Below, one piece after another: positions 37,167 through 48,571 of a DNA stretch of 64,000 bases. Within the stretch, counting starts at the first letter, position 1. The number at the start of each line of letters is the position of its first letter. The DNA comes from Dendrobates tinctorius (Eukaryota): assembly GCF_039654945.1 (NCBI RefSeq), contig NW_027362103.1, positions 744,001 through 808,000 of the forward strand, read 5' to 3'. Under the pieces are notes generated by a model, which was given only the letters and a program-made list of their open reading frames with translations, was not told the DNA's origin and ran no database searches. Both the position numbers and the translations under genes were made by a program.

Positions 37167-37779
37167 TAAGTCTGGCATAATGTCCCACGTCGCGGGAGAG
37201 GATACGTGGAGGCGACACTCTCACGTGGTCGCCTGTTGATGGTTTGGGGAAAACGGACCCTTTCAATAGGATGCATTGCCCCTGTCTCATCTTCATAAAA
37301 TAACAAACAAAAATAGAAGTCTGGGGAAAAGTCCCAGATATGTCCCTCGGTGCGGGAAAGTATACGCGGAGGCGATACTCAACGTGTGCTCACCCGTTGA
37401 TGGTTTGGGGAGATCGGACCCTTTCAATAGGATCCGTCGCCCCTGTCTCATCTTCATAGTAAACTAGAAAAAAATAGTCTGGAGACATCCAGACTGTGTG
37501 TGCCTCCATAGGACACTAAGCTATAAACTGATTTCCGCCAGCAATAGGGGCGAGAGTGTACACTGCGGAGGAGGAGCTAACCTCTTTTTTTCACTTAGTG
37601 TCAGCCTCCTAGCGGTAGAAGCATACACCCACAGTATCTGTGTCCCCCAATGAGACGAAGGAGAAAGTGTGATCAGGGCCGCCATAGTGCGATCAGAGCC
37701 GCGCACTGACGACCCAAGGGCCGCGCCCTGAACATTACCGCCCCAAAAGGAGAAACAGTAACCCTAAAAAAAGTCATAG

Positions 37780-38630
37780 AACATATCTAGGAGTCTTCAT
37801 CACGAGCGACCCAAGAAAATTACATCCGACCAGTCTCCTTGCTGCTACCTATACCATTAGCAATCTTCTGAAACTATGCCTTGCCTGATCTGTCCTGGAC
37901 AGGAGGAGAAATGAAATCCAGTCATATTTTACCAAAAAGACGACACAGTGGACCTGCTGCCTATTACCCTACAAAATCCCTTTTTGCAACCATTACACTA
38001 TGTCTGGAAATATAAAAAAGCGAGACTATGATATAAACACACTGCCCTGTTGTAAAGCAGCCATATTGGCAGATGGCGGAGACCAGTCACCTCCAAAGGC
38101 AGTCTAATAAAGACCACCAGGAACTTGGTCTGATGGGTAGACATGCACACCATGACATCTGGACTCATAAAGCCCTACGACTGAACTCTCCGAAATCACT
38201 ATCACAACCTTAAAAGTTACAGGGATTGTACCACACGTACTGTCTCGCCCAGACTCCCCCCCCTCAGCTTTACCCTCAATTGGTGTTATTCCATACCTCC
38301 TGGATCCCAAATCTGTGGTCCAACCTACCTAACTAGACTATTTCCCAATTCCTAGCTAATAAAGCCACCATACAAAACTCATGGCCCAAGGGAGCCAAAA
38401 AAACACCCTACTAATTACCTACATGGCATCCATGTAACTCGCAATAGGAAGGTGCTCATGGCTAGATTTACTCTCCAAATTCCCCCTCCCTGTCCCAAAC
38501 TCATCTCAGAAATTTACAACCACCTAATCTCTCCCATTTTACCCTATGAAGCAGCTTTGTTGATTTCCTGGGGAAAAGAATTAGGTATCACATTAAGTGA
38601 CTGTGAACTTAGGAGTATTCCCTGTACCTC
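37780..38630 (+). mobile_element. Degenerate L1/Tx1-like LINE ORF2 3' fragment
   Basis: Remnants VWKYKKARL and LISEIYNHL...SWGKELGITLS resemble the post-RT region of L1-clade ORF2; many stops. Confidence 0.45.
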
Positions 38631-38689
38631 ACACAGTGTTATGGACTGGACAGGGTTGGAGTGGTGATATTGCAACCACTATGGACAGA

Positions 38690-41680
38690 AGTAGCAGGTA
38701 GCATAGTCAGGCATAGCTCAAGGTCGGTACACAGGAGCAGCACCTAGTGAAGATAGAGATAGCCGGGGTCAGTACACAGGAGCAGCAATGTACAGGCTAC
38801 AGGAGCAAAATGTAGCGTAGTCAGGAGTAGCCAGGAGTCAGTACACAGGAGCAGCATGTAGCATAGTCAGGAATAGCCAGGAGTCAGTACACAGGAGCAG
38901 CATGTAGCTTAGTCAGGGATAGCCAGAGGTCAGTACACAGGAGCAGCATGTAGCATAGTCAGGGATAGCCAGAGGTCAGTACACAGGAGCAGCATGTAGC
39001 ATAGTCAGGAATAGCCAGCAGTCAGTACATAGGAGCAGCATGTAGCATAGTCAGGAATAGCCAGAGGTCAGTACACAGGAGCAGCATGTAGCGTAGTCAG
39101 GAACAGCCATGAGTCAGTACACACTAGCAGCATGTAGCATAGTCAGGAATAGCCAGGAGTCAGTACACAGGAGCAGCATGTAGCGTAGTCAGGAATAGCC
39201 ATGAGTCAGTACACAGGAGCAGCATGTAGCATAGTCAGGAATAGCCAGGAGTCAGTACACAGGAGCAGCATGTAGCATAGTCAAGAATAGTCAGGAGTCA
39301 GTACACAGGGGCAGCATGTAGCATAGTCAGGGATAGCCAGAGGTCAGTACACAGGAGCAGCATGTAGCATAGTCAGGAATAGCCAGGAGTCAGTACACAG
39401 GAGCAGCATGTAGCATAGTCAAGAATAGTCAGGAGTCAGTACACAGGGGCAGCATGTAGCATAGTCAGGGATAGCCAGAGGTCAGTACACAGGAGCAGCA
39501 TGTAGCATAGTCAAGAATAGTCAGGAGTCAGTACACAGGGGCAGCATGTAGCATAGTCAGGGATAGCCAGAGGTCAGTACACAGGAGCAGCATGTAGCAT
39601 AGTCAGGAATAGCCAGGAGTCAGTACATAGGAGCAGCATGTAGCATAGTCAGGAATAGCCAGGAGTCAGTACATAGGAGCAGCATGTAGCATAGTCAGGG
39701 ATAGCCAGAGTTCAGTACACTGGAGCAGCAGGTAGCATAGTCAGGAATAGCCAGGAGTCAGTACACAGGAGCAGCATGTAGCGTGGTCAGGGATATCCAG
39801 AGTTCAGTACACTGGAGCAGCATGTAGCGTAGTCAGGGATAGCCAGAGTTCAGTACACTGGAGCAGCTTGTAGCATAGTCAGGAATAGCCAGAGTTCAGT
39901 ACACTGGAGCAGCATGTAGCATAGTCAGGAATAGCCAGAGTTCAGTACACTGGAGCAGCATGTAGCATAGTCAGGAATAGGCAGGAGTCAGTACACAGGA
40001 GCAGCATGTAGCATAGTCAGGGATAGCCAGAGGTTAGTACACAGGAGCAGCATGTAGCGTAGTCAGGGATAGCCAGGGGTCAGTACACTGAAGCAGCATG
40101 CAGCGTAGTCAGGGATAGCCAGAGGTCAGTACACTGGAGCAGCATTTAGCATAGTCAGGGACAGCCAGAGGTCAGTATACTGGAGCAGCATGTAGCATAG
40201 TCAGGAATAGCCAGAGTTCAGTACACTGGAGCAGCATGAAGCGTAGTCAGGAATAGCCGGGGGTCAGTACACAGGAGCAGCATGTAGCGTAGCCAGGAAT
40301 AGCTGGGGGTCAGTACACAGGAGCAGCAATTAACGTAGTCAGGGATATCCAGAGGTCAGTACACTGGAGCAGCATGTAGCATAGTCAGGAATAGCCAGAG
40401 GTCAGTACACTGGAGCAGCATGTAGCATAGTCAGGAATAGCCAGAGGTCAGTACACTGGAGCAGCATGTAGCATAGTCAGGAATAGCCAGAGGTCAGTAC
40501 ACAGGAGCAGCATGTAGCGTAGTCAGGGATATCCAGAGGTCAGTCCACTGGAGCAGCATGTAGCATAGTCAGGAATAGCCAGAGTTCAGTACACTGGAGC
40601 AGCATGTAGCATAGTCAGGGATAGCCAGGGGTCAGTACACTGGAGCAGCATGTAGCATAGTCAGGAATAGCCAGAGTTCAGTACACTGGAGCAGCATGTA
40701 GCGTAGTCAGGGATAGCCAGGGGTCAGTACACTGGAGCAGCATGTAGCATAGTCAGGAATAGCCAGAGTTCAGTACACTGGAGCAGCATGTAGCGTAGTC
40801 AGGAACAGCCAGAGTTCAGTACACTGGAGCAGCATGTAGCATAGTCAGGGATAGCCAGGGGTCAGTACACTGGAGCAGCATGTAGCATAGTCCGGAATAG
40901 CCAGAGGTCAGTACACAGGAGCAGCATGTAGCGTAGTCAGGGATAGCCAGAGGTCAGTCCACTGGAGCAGCATGTAGCATAGTCAGGAATAGCCAGAGTT
41001 CAGTCCACTGGAGCAGCATGTAGCATAGTCAGGAATAGCCAGAGTTCAGTACACTGGAGCAGCATGTAGCGTAGTCAGGAACAGCCAGAGTTCAGTACAC
41101 TGGAGCAGCATGTAGCATAGTCAGGGATAGCCAGGGGTCAGTACACTGGAGCAGCATGTAGCATAGTCCGGAATAGCCAGAGGTCAGTACACAGGAGCAG
41201 CATGTAGCGTAGTCAGGGATAGCCAGAGGTCAGTCCACTGGAGCAGCATGTAGCATAGTCAGGAATAGCCAGAGTTCAGTACACTGGAGCAGCATGTAGC
41301 ATAGTCAGGGATAGCCAGGGGTCAGTACACTGGAGCAGCATGTAGCATAGTCAGGAATAGCCAGAGTTCAGTACACTGGAGCAGCATGTAGCGTAGTCAG
41401 GGATAGCCAGGGGTCAGTACACTGGAGCAGCATGTAGCATAGTCAGGAATAGCCAGAGTTCAGTACACTGGAGCAGCATGTAGCGTAGTCAGGGATAGCC
41501 AGGGGTCAGTACACTGGAGTAGCATGTAGCATAGTCAAGGATAGCCAGGGATCAGTACACTGGAGCAGCATGTAGCATAGTCAGGGATAGCCAGGAGTCA
41601 GTACACTGGAGCAGCATGTAGCATAGTCAGGGATAGCCAGAGGTCAGTACACTGGACCAGCATGCAGCGAAGCCAGGTCC
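38690..41680. repeat. 46-bp minisatellite (intron 2)
   Basis: Unit TCAGTACACAGGAGCAGCATGTAGCATAGTCAGGAATAGCCAGGAG, about 63 copies. Confidence 0.95.
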
Positions 41681-41690
41681 ATGTGGATAG

Positions 41691-42270
41691 TGTCATGATC
41701 CCAATGCAGGTTTTGACCTGCACGTCAGGGGTTAATGTCTTGAGCTCAGTGCAGGCTTTGACCTGCACGCCTGGGGTTAATCATTGCGGCCTCTCTTTGA
41801 TTCAGGCAGAGCTTCTTATAGCCCTGAGAAATTCCAATCCCTGTCAGTTATACTTTTGCCTTTGGCCGAGTGTGGTGACCCCTGTGTGCTTGTTCGTTGT
41901 CTTCTAGCTTGCTTATATGGTTCTGATCCGGTTCTGTCCCCCGTTGTGAGTTTGCCTGTTGATTCTGTACTGTATATCTGTTTCTCTGGTTTCTGACTTC
42001 TTGACTACGTCCTGACTATCCATTCTGTCTAATCCTTTGGCATCGTTGTGCTATCTCGTGCTTTGACCCCGGCCTCATCTGGTTTCTGTCTCTGTCTATG
42101 CCCCTTGGTAACTTTGTCCCGTAGCTACCTTTCTAGGAGTTTTCCTGCAGCTCCTAGCTCTCTGGAGTTTAGGCCACGCCCATAGCAGGCACATGCTTCA
42201 GGTCCTGTGGGTCTGAAGCATGCATCTTCACTGTTGGCGCTCGCTCCACAGGTATCTCTGAGCACAGTGT
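41691..42270. mobile_element. Possible LTR-like remnant
   Basis: Starts TGTCATGA; T/C-rich with short internal repeats (TTTGACCTGCACG..GGGGTTAAT twice); TSD not established. Confidence 0.35.
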
Positions 42271-42357
42271 CTTACTCAGGACACGCGCACTGGCTCAGTG
42301 AGCAAGTGCAGTGTGGTGTTCCTGACAGATAGATCATGCATATGATACCAGACTTAC

Positions 42358-42452
42358 CTGTGCATCGATTCATCCCTGCCATGCTGCTCACGAACGGCCA
42401 TTGCTGTGGACACATTGCTGTCTCCGACCACTGCCCTGAGATCGTCCACCAG
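42358..42452 (-). CDS. LDHD: LDHD exon 2 (LVDDLRAVVGDSNVSTAMAVREQHGRDESMH)
   Basis: Pyrimidine tract + ggcag| acceptor, AG|GTAAGT donor, 95 nt; homology to the LDHD N-terminus. The acceptor position is slightly uncertain. Confidence 0.92.
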
Positions 42453-42579
42453 CTGCCAAGAGAAGGGTACAGTGATGAGGAGAGGACAGTACCAGTGTGT
42501 ATCAAGAGCCCCCGAAACTAAGTGTAAAGTAACCAATGTACTCGCAGACCACCATTACCGGCAAAGAGTTCCCAATATA

Positions 42580-44215
42580 CAGTTAGGGCCATATATATTT
42601 GGACAGAGACAACACTTTTGTAATTTTGGTTCTAGACATTACCACGATGAATTTTAAACAAAACAATTCAGATGCAGTTGAAGTTCAGACTTTCAGCTTT
42701 CATTTGAGGGTCTCCACATTAACATTGGATGAAGGGTTTAGGAGTTTCAGCTCCTTAACATGTGCCACCCTGTTTTTAAAGGGACCAAAAGTAATTGGAC
42801 AATTGACTCCAGGGCTGTTTCATGGCCAGGTGTGGGCAATCCCTTCCTTATGTCATTCTCAATTAAGCAGATAAAAGGCCTGGAGTTGATCGGAGGTGTG
42901 GTGCTTGCATTTGGAAGATTTTGCTGTGAAGGAAACATGCGGCCAAAGGAGCTCTCCATGCAGGTGAAACAAGCCATCCTTAAGCTGCAAAAACAGAAAA
43001 ACCCATCCGAGAAATTGCGACAACATTAGGAGTGGCAAAATCTACAGTTTGGTACATCCTGAGAAAGAAAGCACTGAACTCATCAATGCAAAAAGACCTG
43101 GGCGCCCACGGAAGACAACAGTGGTTGATGACCGCAGAATAGTCTCCATGGTGAAGAGAAACCCCTTCACAACAGCCAACCAAGTGACCAACACTCTCCA
43201 GGAGGCAGGTGTATCAATATCCAAATCTATCATAAAGAGAAGACTGCATGAAAGTAACTACAGAGGGTTCACTGCACGGTGCAAGCCACTCATAAGCATC
43301 AAGAATCACAAGGCTAGACTGGACTCTGCTAAAAAACATCTAAAAAAGCCAGCACAGTTCTGGAAGAACATTCTTTGGACAGATGAAACCAAGACCAACC
43401 TCTACCAGAATGATGGAAAGAGAAAAGTATGGTGAAGGCGTGGTACAGCTCATGATCCAAAGCATACCACATCATACCACATCATCTGTAAGACACGGCG
43501 GAGGCAGTGTGATGGCTTGGGCATGCATGGCTGCCAGTGGCACTGGGTCACTAGTGTTTATTGATGATGTGACACAGGACAGAAGCAGCCGAATGAATTC
43601 TGAGGTATTCAGAGCCATACTGTGTGCTCAGATCCAGCCAAATGCAGCCAAACTGATTGGTCGTCGTTTCCTACTACAGATGGACAATGACCCAAAACAT
43701 AAAGCCAAAGCAACCCAGGAGTTTATTAAAGCAAAGAAGTGGAATATTCCTGAATGGCCAAGTCAGTCACCTGATCTCAACCCAATTGAGCATTTCACTT
43801 GTTAAAGACTAAACTTCAGACAGAAAGGCCCACAACCAAACAGCAACTGAAAACCACCGCAGTGAAGGCCTGGCAGAGCATCAAAAAGGAGGAAACACAG
43901 CGTCTGGTGATGGCCATGAGTTCAAGACTTCAGGCAGTCATTGCCAACAAAGGGTTTTCAACCAAGTACTAGAAATGAACATTTTATTTAATCTGTCCAA
44001 TTACTTTTGGTCCCTTTAAAAACAGGGTGGCACATGTTAAGGAGCTGAAACTCCTAAACCCTTCATCCAATGTTAATGTGGATACCCTCAAATGAAAGCT
44101 GAAAGTCTGAACTTCAACTGCATCTGAACTGTTTTGTTTAAAATTCATTGTGGTAAAGTCTAGAACCAAAACTAGAAAAATGTTGTCTCTGTCCAAGTAT
44201 ATATGGACCTAACTG
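42580..44215 (+). mobile_element. Tc1/mariner DNA transposon, full length, defective
   Basis: TA|CAGTTAGG...CCTAACTG|TA; ~225-bp TIRs; transposase remnants. Confidence 0.95.
42937..43972 (+). pseudogene. Tc1 DD34E transposase pseudogene
   Basis: MRPKELS, GRPRKTT, ILWTDETK, HGGGSVMAWAC, MDNDPKH, WPSQSPDLNPIE; frameshifts and a stop at ~43433. Confidence 0.93.
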
Positions 44216-44227
44216 TATGTCTGAAGT

Positions 44228-46623
44228 ACTGGGCCCACAGCACCCAACAGACCTCCTGCGCCACTCCATCTCCTCCAGACTCTTCCGTCCAGGGTGACTC
44301 TACCCACAGCACCCCACAGACCTCCTGCGCCCCACCATCTCATAGAGACTCCTCCATACAGGGTGACTGGGCCCACAGCACCCCACAGACCTCCTGCGCC
44401 CCACCATCTCATACAGACTCCTCCATACAGGGTGACCGGGCCCACAGCACCACACAGACCTCCTGCGGCCCACCATCTCCTACAGACTCCTCCATACAGG
44501 GTGACATGGCCCACAGCAGCCCACAGACCTCCTGCGCCCCACCATCTCCTACAGACTCCTCCATACAGGGTGACATGGCCTACAGCAGCCCACAGACCTC
44601 CTGCGCCCCACCATCTCCTACAGACTCCTCCATACAGGGTCACATGGCCCACAGCAGCCCACAGACCTCTTGCACCCCACCATCTCCTACAGACTCCTCC
44701 ATACAGGGTGACATGGCCCACAGCAGCCCACAGACCTCCTGCGCCCCACCATCTCCTACAGACTCCTCCATACAGGGTGACATGGCCCACAGCAGCCCAC
44801 AGACCTCCTGCGCCCCACCATCTCCTACAGACTCCTCCATACAGGGTGACATGGCCTACAGCAGCCCACAGACCTCCTGCGCCCCACCATCTCCTACAGA
44901 CTCCTCCATACAGGGTGACATGGCCCACAGCAGCCCACAGACCTCCTGCGCCCCACCATCTCCTACAGACTCCTGCATACAGGGTGACATGGCCCACAGC
45001 AGCCCACAGACCTCCTGCGCCCCACCATCTCCTCCAGACTCCTCCATACAGGGTGACATGGCCCATAGCACCCCACAGACCTCCTGCGCCCCACCATCTC
45101 CTACAGACTCCTCAATACAAGGTGACATGGCCCACAGCAGCCCACAGACCTCCTGCGCCCCACCATCTCCTACAGACTCCTGCATACAGGGTGACATGGC
45201 CCACAGCAGCCCACAGACCTCCTGCGCCCCACCATCTCCTCCAGACTCCTCCATACAGGGTGACATGGCCCATAGCACCCCACAGACCTCCTGCGCCCCA
45301 CCATCTCCTACAGACTCCTCAATACAAGGTGACATGGCCCACAGCAGCCCACAGACCTCCTGCGCCCCACCATCTCCTACAGACTCCTCCATACAGGGTG
45401 ACATGGCCCACAGCAGCCCACAGACCTCCTGCGCCCCACCATCTCCTCCAGACTCCTCCATACAGGGTGACCGGGCCCACGGCACCCCACAGACCTCCTG
45501 CGCCCCACCATCTCCTCCAGGCTCCTCCATACAGGATGACATGGCCCATAGCACCCCACAGACCTCCTGCACCCCACCATCTACTCCAGACTCCTCCATA
45601 CAGGATGACATGGCCCATAGCACCCCACAGACCTCCTATGCCCAAACATCTCCCCCAGACTCTTCTATACAGGGTGACCGGGCCCACAGACCTCCTGTGC
45701 TCCACCATCTCCTCCAGACTCCTCCATACAGGGTGACGGGCCCACAGACCTCCTGCGCCCCACCATCTCCTCCAGACTCCTCTATACAGGGTGACATGGC
45801 CCACAGCAGCCCACAGACCTCCTGCGCCCCACCATCTCCTACAGACTCCTCCATACAGGGTGACCGGGCCCACAGCACTCCACAGACCTCCTGCGCCCCA
45901 CCATCTCCTACAGACTCCTCCATACAGGGTGACATGGCCCACAGCACCCCACAGACCTCCTGCACCCCACCATCTCCCCCAGACTCCTCCATACAGGGAG
46001 ACCAGGCCCACAGCACCCCACAGACCTCCTGTGCCCCACCATCTCCTACAGACTCCTCCATACAGGGTGACCGGGCCCACAGCACCCCACAGACCTCCTG
46101 TGCCCCACCATCTCCTCCAGACTCTTCCATACAGGGTGACCGGGCCCACAGCACCCCACAGACCTCCTGTGCCCCACCATCTCCTCCATACATGGTGACC
46201 GGGCCCACAGCACCCCACAGACCTCCTGTGCTCCACCATCTCCTCCAGACTCCTCCATACAGGGTGACCGGGCCCACAGACCTACTGCGCCCCACCATCT
46301 CCTCCAGACTCCTCTATACAGGGTGACATGGCCCACAGCAGCCCACAGACTTCCTGCACCCCACCATCTCCTCCAGACTCCTCCATACAGGGTGACCGGG
46401 CCCACAGCACCCCACAGACCTCCTATGCACCACCATGTTATCCTGACTTCTCCATACAGGGTGACCGGGCCCACAGCACCCCACAGATCTTCTGCGCCCC
46501 ACCATCTTCTACAGACTCCTCCATACAGGGTGTCATGGCCCACAGCACCCCACAGACCTCCTGCGCCCCACCATTTCCTCCAGACTCCTCCATACAGGGT
46601 GACCGGGCCCACAGCACCCCACA
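44228..46623. repeat. 69-bp minisatellite (intron 1)
   Basis: Unit CAGGGTGACATGGCCCACAGCAGCCCACAGACCTCCTGCGCCCCACCATCTCCTACAGACTCCTCCATA. Confidence 0.95.
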
Positions 46624-46799
46624 AACTAGATTTATAAGCTTGATTGTTAAGTCTCTGTCTACCAGTCCTAACACGCTTTACAAGGTCCTTGGTGGAGAAA
46701 GACCTCCATAAACTGCACTTCTATGTCAGCGCCTGGGCGGGTGTAGGGTCCACCATTATTAGCACAGCGAATCCCATACCATCTATCACTGCAGAATGA

Positions 46800-46926
46800 A
46801 GAGGCCCTCACAGCCATAAGTAATGGGGCCCTCGCAGCCATAGATAATGGGGCCCTCACAGCCACAAGTAATGGGGCCCTCACAGCCATAGATAATGGGA
46901 CCCTCACAGCCATAAATAATGGGGCC
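46800..46926. repeat. 24-bp minisatellite, left remnant (~5 units)
   Basis: GGGGCCCTCACAGCCATAGATAAT units, the same as 52328-55203. Confidence 0.9.
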
Positions 46927-47385
46927 TGTTACAGAACCCCTTAGCCCCCAGAATATGTTGTGCAGTTATATGGATGTATAATAGGTTCTATGAGAGATGC
47001 ATGTCCCTAATGCATCAGTATTCCCCCTTTTGTCCGCCCTCCCCCCACCTTTGTAATTTCCACAGTAAACATCGGCAGGCTCCGGCCACCTGCGGCCTTT
47101 GTAATGCATGTCTGGCCTGCCCTCTGTATCTGTGTGATATATTCTGTGTCCTGTGAGTAAAGTGTTGTCAGACTGGAAATACATGGAGAAGCAGTGATCT
47201 TTTATATGCGCCCATGCACTCAGAGGAATTCCAGCCAGCGTCCTTCATTCAGACTCCAGCCAACGAAGAGCGGACCTCCAAAAATACGGGGTGGTACTGA
47301 AAGAGGTACCCCAGCTTGGTAGACCCCGTTACACTGGTGGCAGACAGCGGGATTTGATACCCCTTCTACAGGAGGAAAGGAATGA

Positions 47386-48480
47386 ATGGAAAATGACTAC
47401 CAGAAGTTAAAGAGGACTACATCAAAAGATCTGGTGGAAGCCCGAGGGTTGATCGCCAGCAACAAAAGCGGATTTGATAGCAGCCATCATGGAACACGAC
47501 AGTGCAGCGCCCCCCAATGTGAATGTGGAGGAGACCGAATTCCAGAGGGAGGTAAAGAGCAGACTAGTGTTCTATGGCCCAAACCCTGCGGTAGAGATCA
47601 TACGAGAGGTGATGGCTGATGTGCGTTCGGATCTGAAGGAAAGGATGGCCGAGCAGACTAGGATAGAGCTAGCCAAGATGGAGATGGCAGAGCGGACCAA
47701 AGTGGAGCTGGCCAAGATGGAGAAGGCAGAGCGGAGAGAGGAGAGCCAGCGAGCAGGGGGAGCTCTGGCCTTCGACCAGGTACCTTCAACAGTAAACCAC
47801 AAAAAGATCCAGTATAATGCCTTCCGACAGTTGGGGGAGGCAGAGGAAGACATTGATGGCTTTCTGCAGGACTTTGAGCGGCAGTGTGCCCTTCATCAAG
47901 TGAAGCCAGAGGAACGGGTTCAGATTCTGGCCAGCAAGCTGACAGGCCGGGCAGCGGACGCCTATCGCACGGTACCTGATGAGGACTGTATGGACTATGA
48001 GCGGATCAAAGAAGTGATCTTGGCCCGGTATGCGCTGACACCAGAGGCCTATCGCCAAAAGTTCAGCGGACTTATAAAACGCGTAACCGATACCCACGCT
48101 GAATGGGCCTGTAAATTACGGCGGTCACTGCTACAGTGGGTACAAGGGAGCCAAGCAACCACTAAGGAGGACGTCCTCCAGCTCTTCCTGTTAGAACGAT
48201 TCTTTAATGGACTAAACCCCGAGACAGAGGAATGGCTTCGGGACAGGCGGCCAACGACTCTTGAGGAAGCCGCTCGTCTGGCCGATGAACATCATGATGC
48301 CAGGAGGCCGCAGTTGTCCGGATCAAAGGTGGTCACTAGGGGCCCGCCCATGGACCTGGAGGGCCCCAAACCACCGAAGATTGTAGGGGGACCAGCTAGA
48401 AACCCGGCCTACCACAGTCCCCCTGGGGCGCGATGTCACACCTGCCGTCAGCTGGGCCACCTGTAAAGACAATGCCCAAT
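47386..48480 (+). pseudogene. gag with SCAN-like capsid domain and CCHC knuckle
   Basis: YALTPEAYRQKF...LERFFNGL...WLRDRRPTTLEEAARLADE; CHTCRQLGHL*RQC with an in-frame stop. Confidence 0.85.
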
Positions 48481-48571
48481 CCGGACTCAGCATACCCAGT
48501 GGCCAAAGGCGGGAACAGCTACCTTCAGCCGGGCTGCCGTACACTGCTACCAAGGCGAAGCTGACCCGGCA

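Larger units (their letters stand above)
31611..37666 (-). mobile_element. DIRS1-type tyrosine-recombinase retrotransposon (degenerate, RT core deleted)
   Basis: Inverted terminal repeats ~31645-31787 and ~37525-37666; internal complementary region ~31919-32021 equal to the joined complements of both ends; gag-like, RNase H, methyltransferase-like and YR remnants. Confidence 0.93.

Noticed and set aside
44203-46326. 707-aa mucin-like Ser/Pro/Thr ORF
   Set aside because: 69-bp tandem repeat; the start codon lies in the Tc1 TIR; no signal peptide; frame-changing indels occur within the array.
46670-46715. Candidate LDHD micro-exon in intron 1 (gtgcag|TTTATGG...CCTT|gtaaag, minus strand)
   Set aside because: 31 nt, not frame-preserving; weak splice sites; no recognisable homology.
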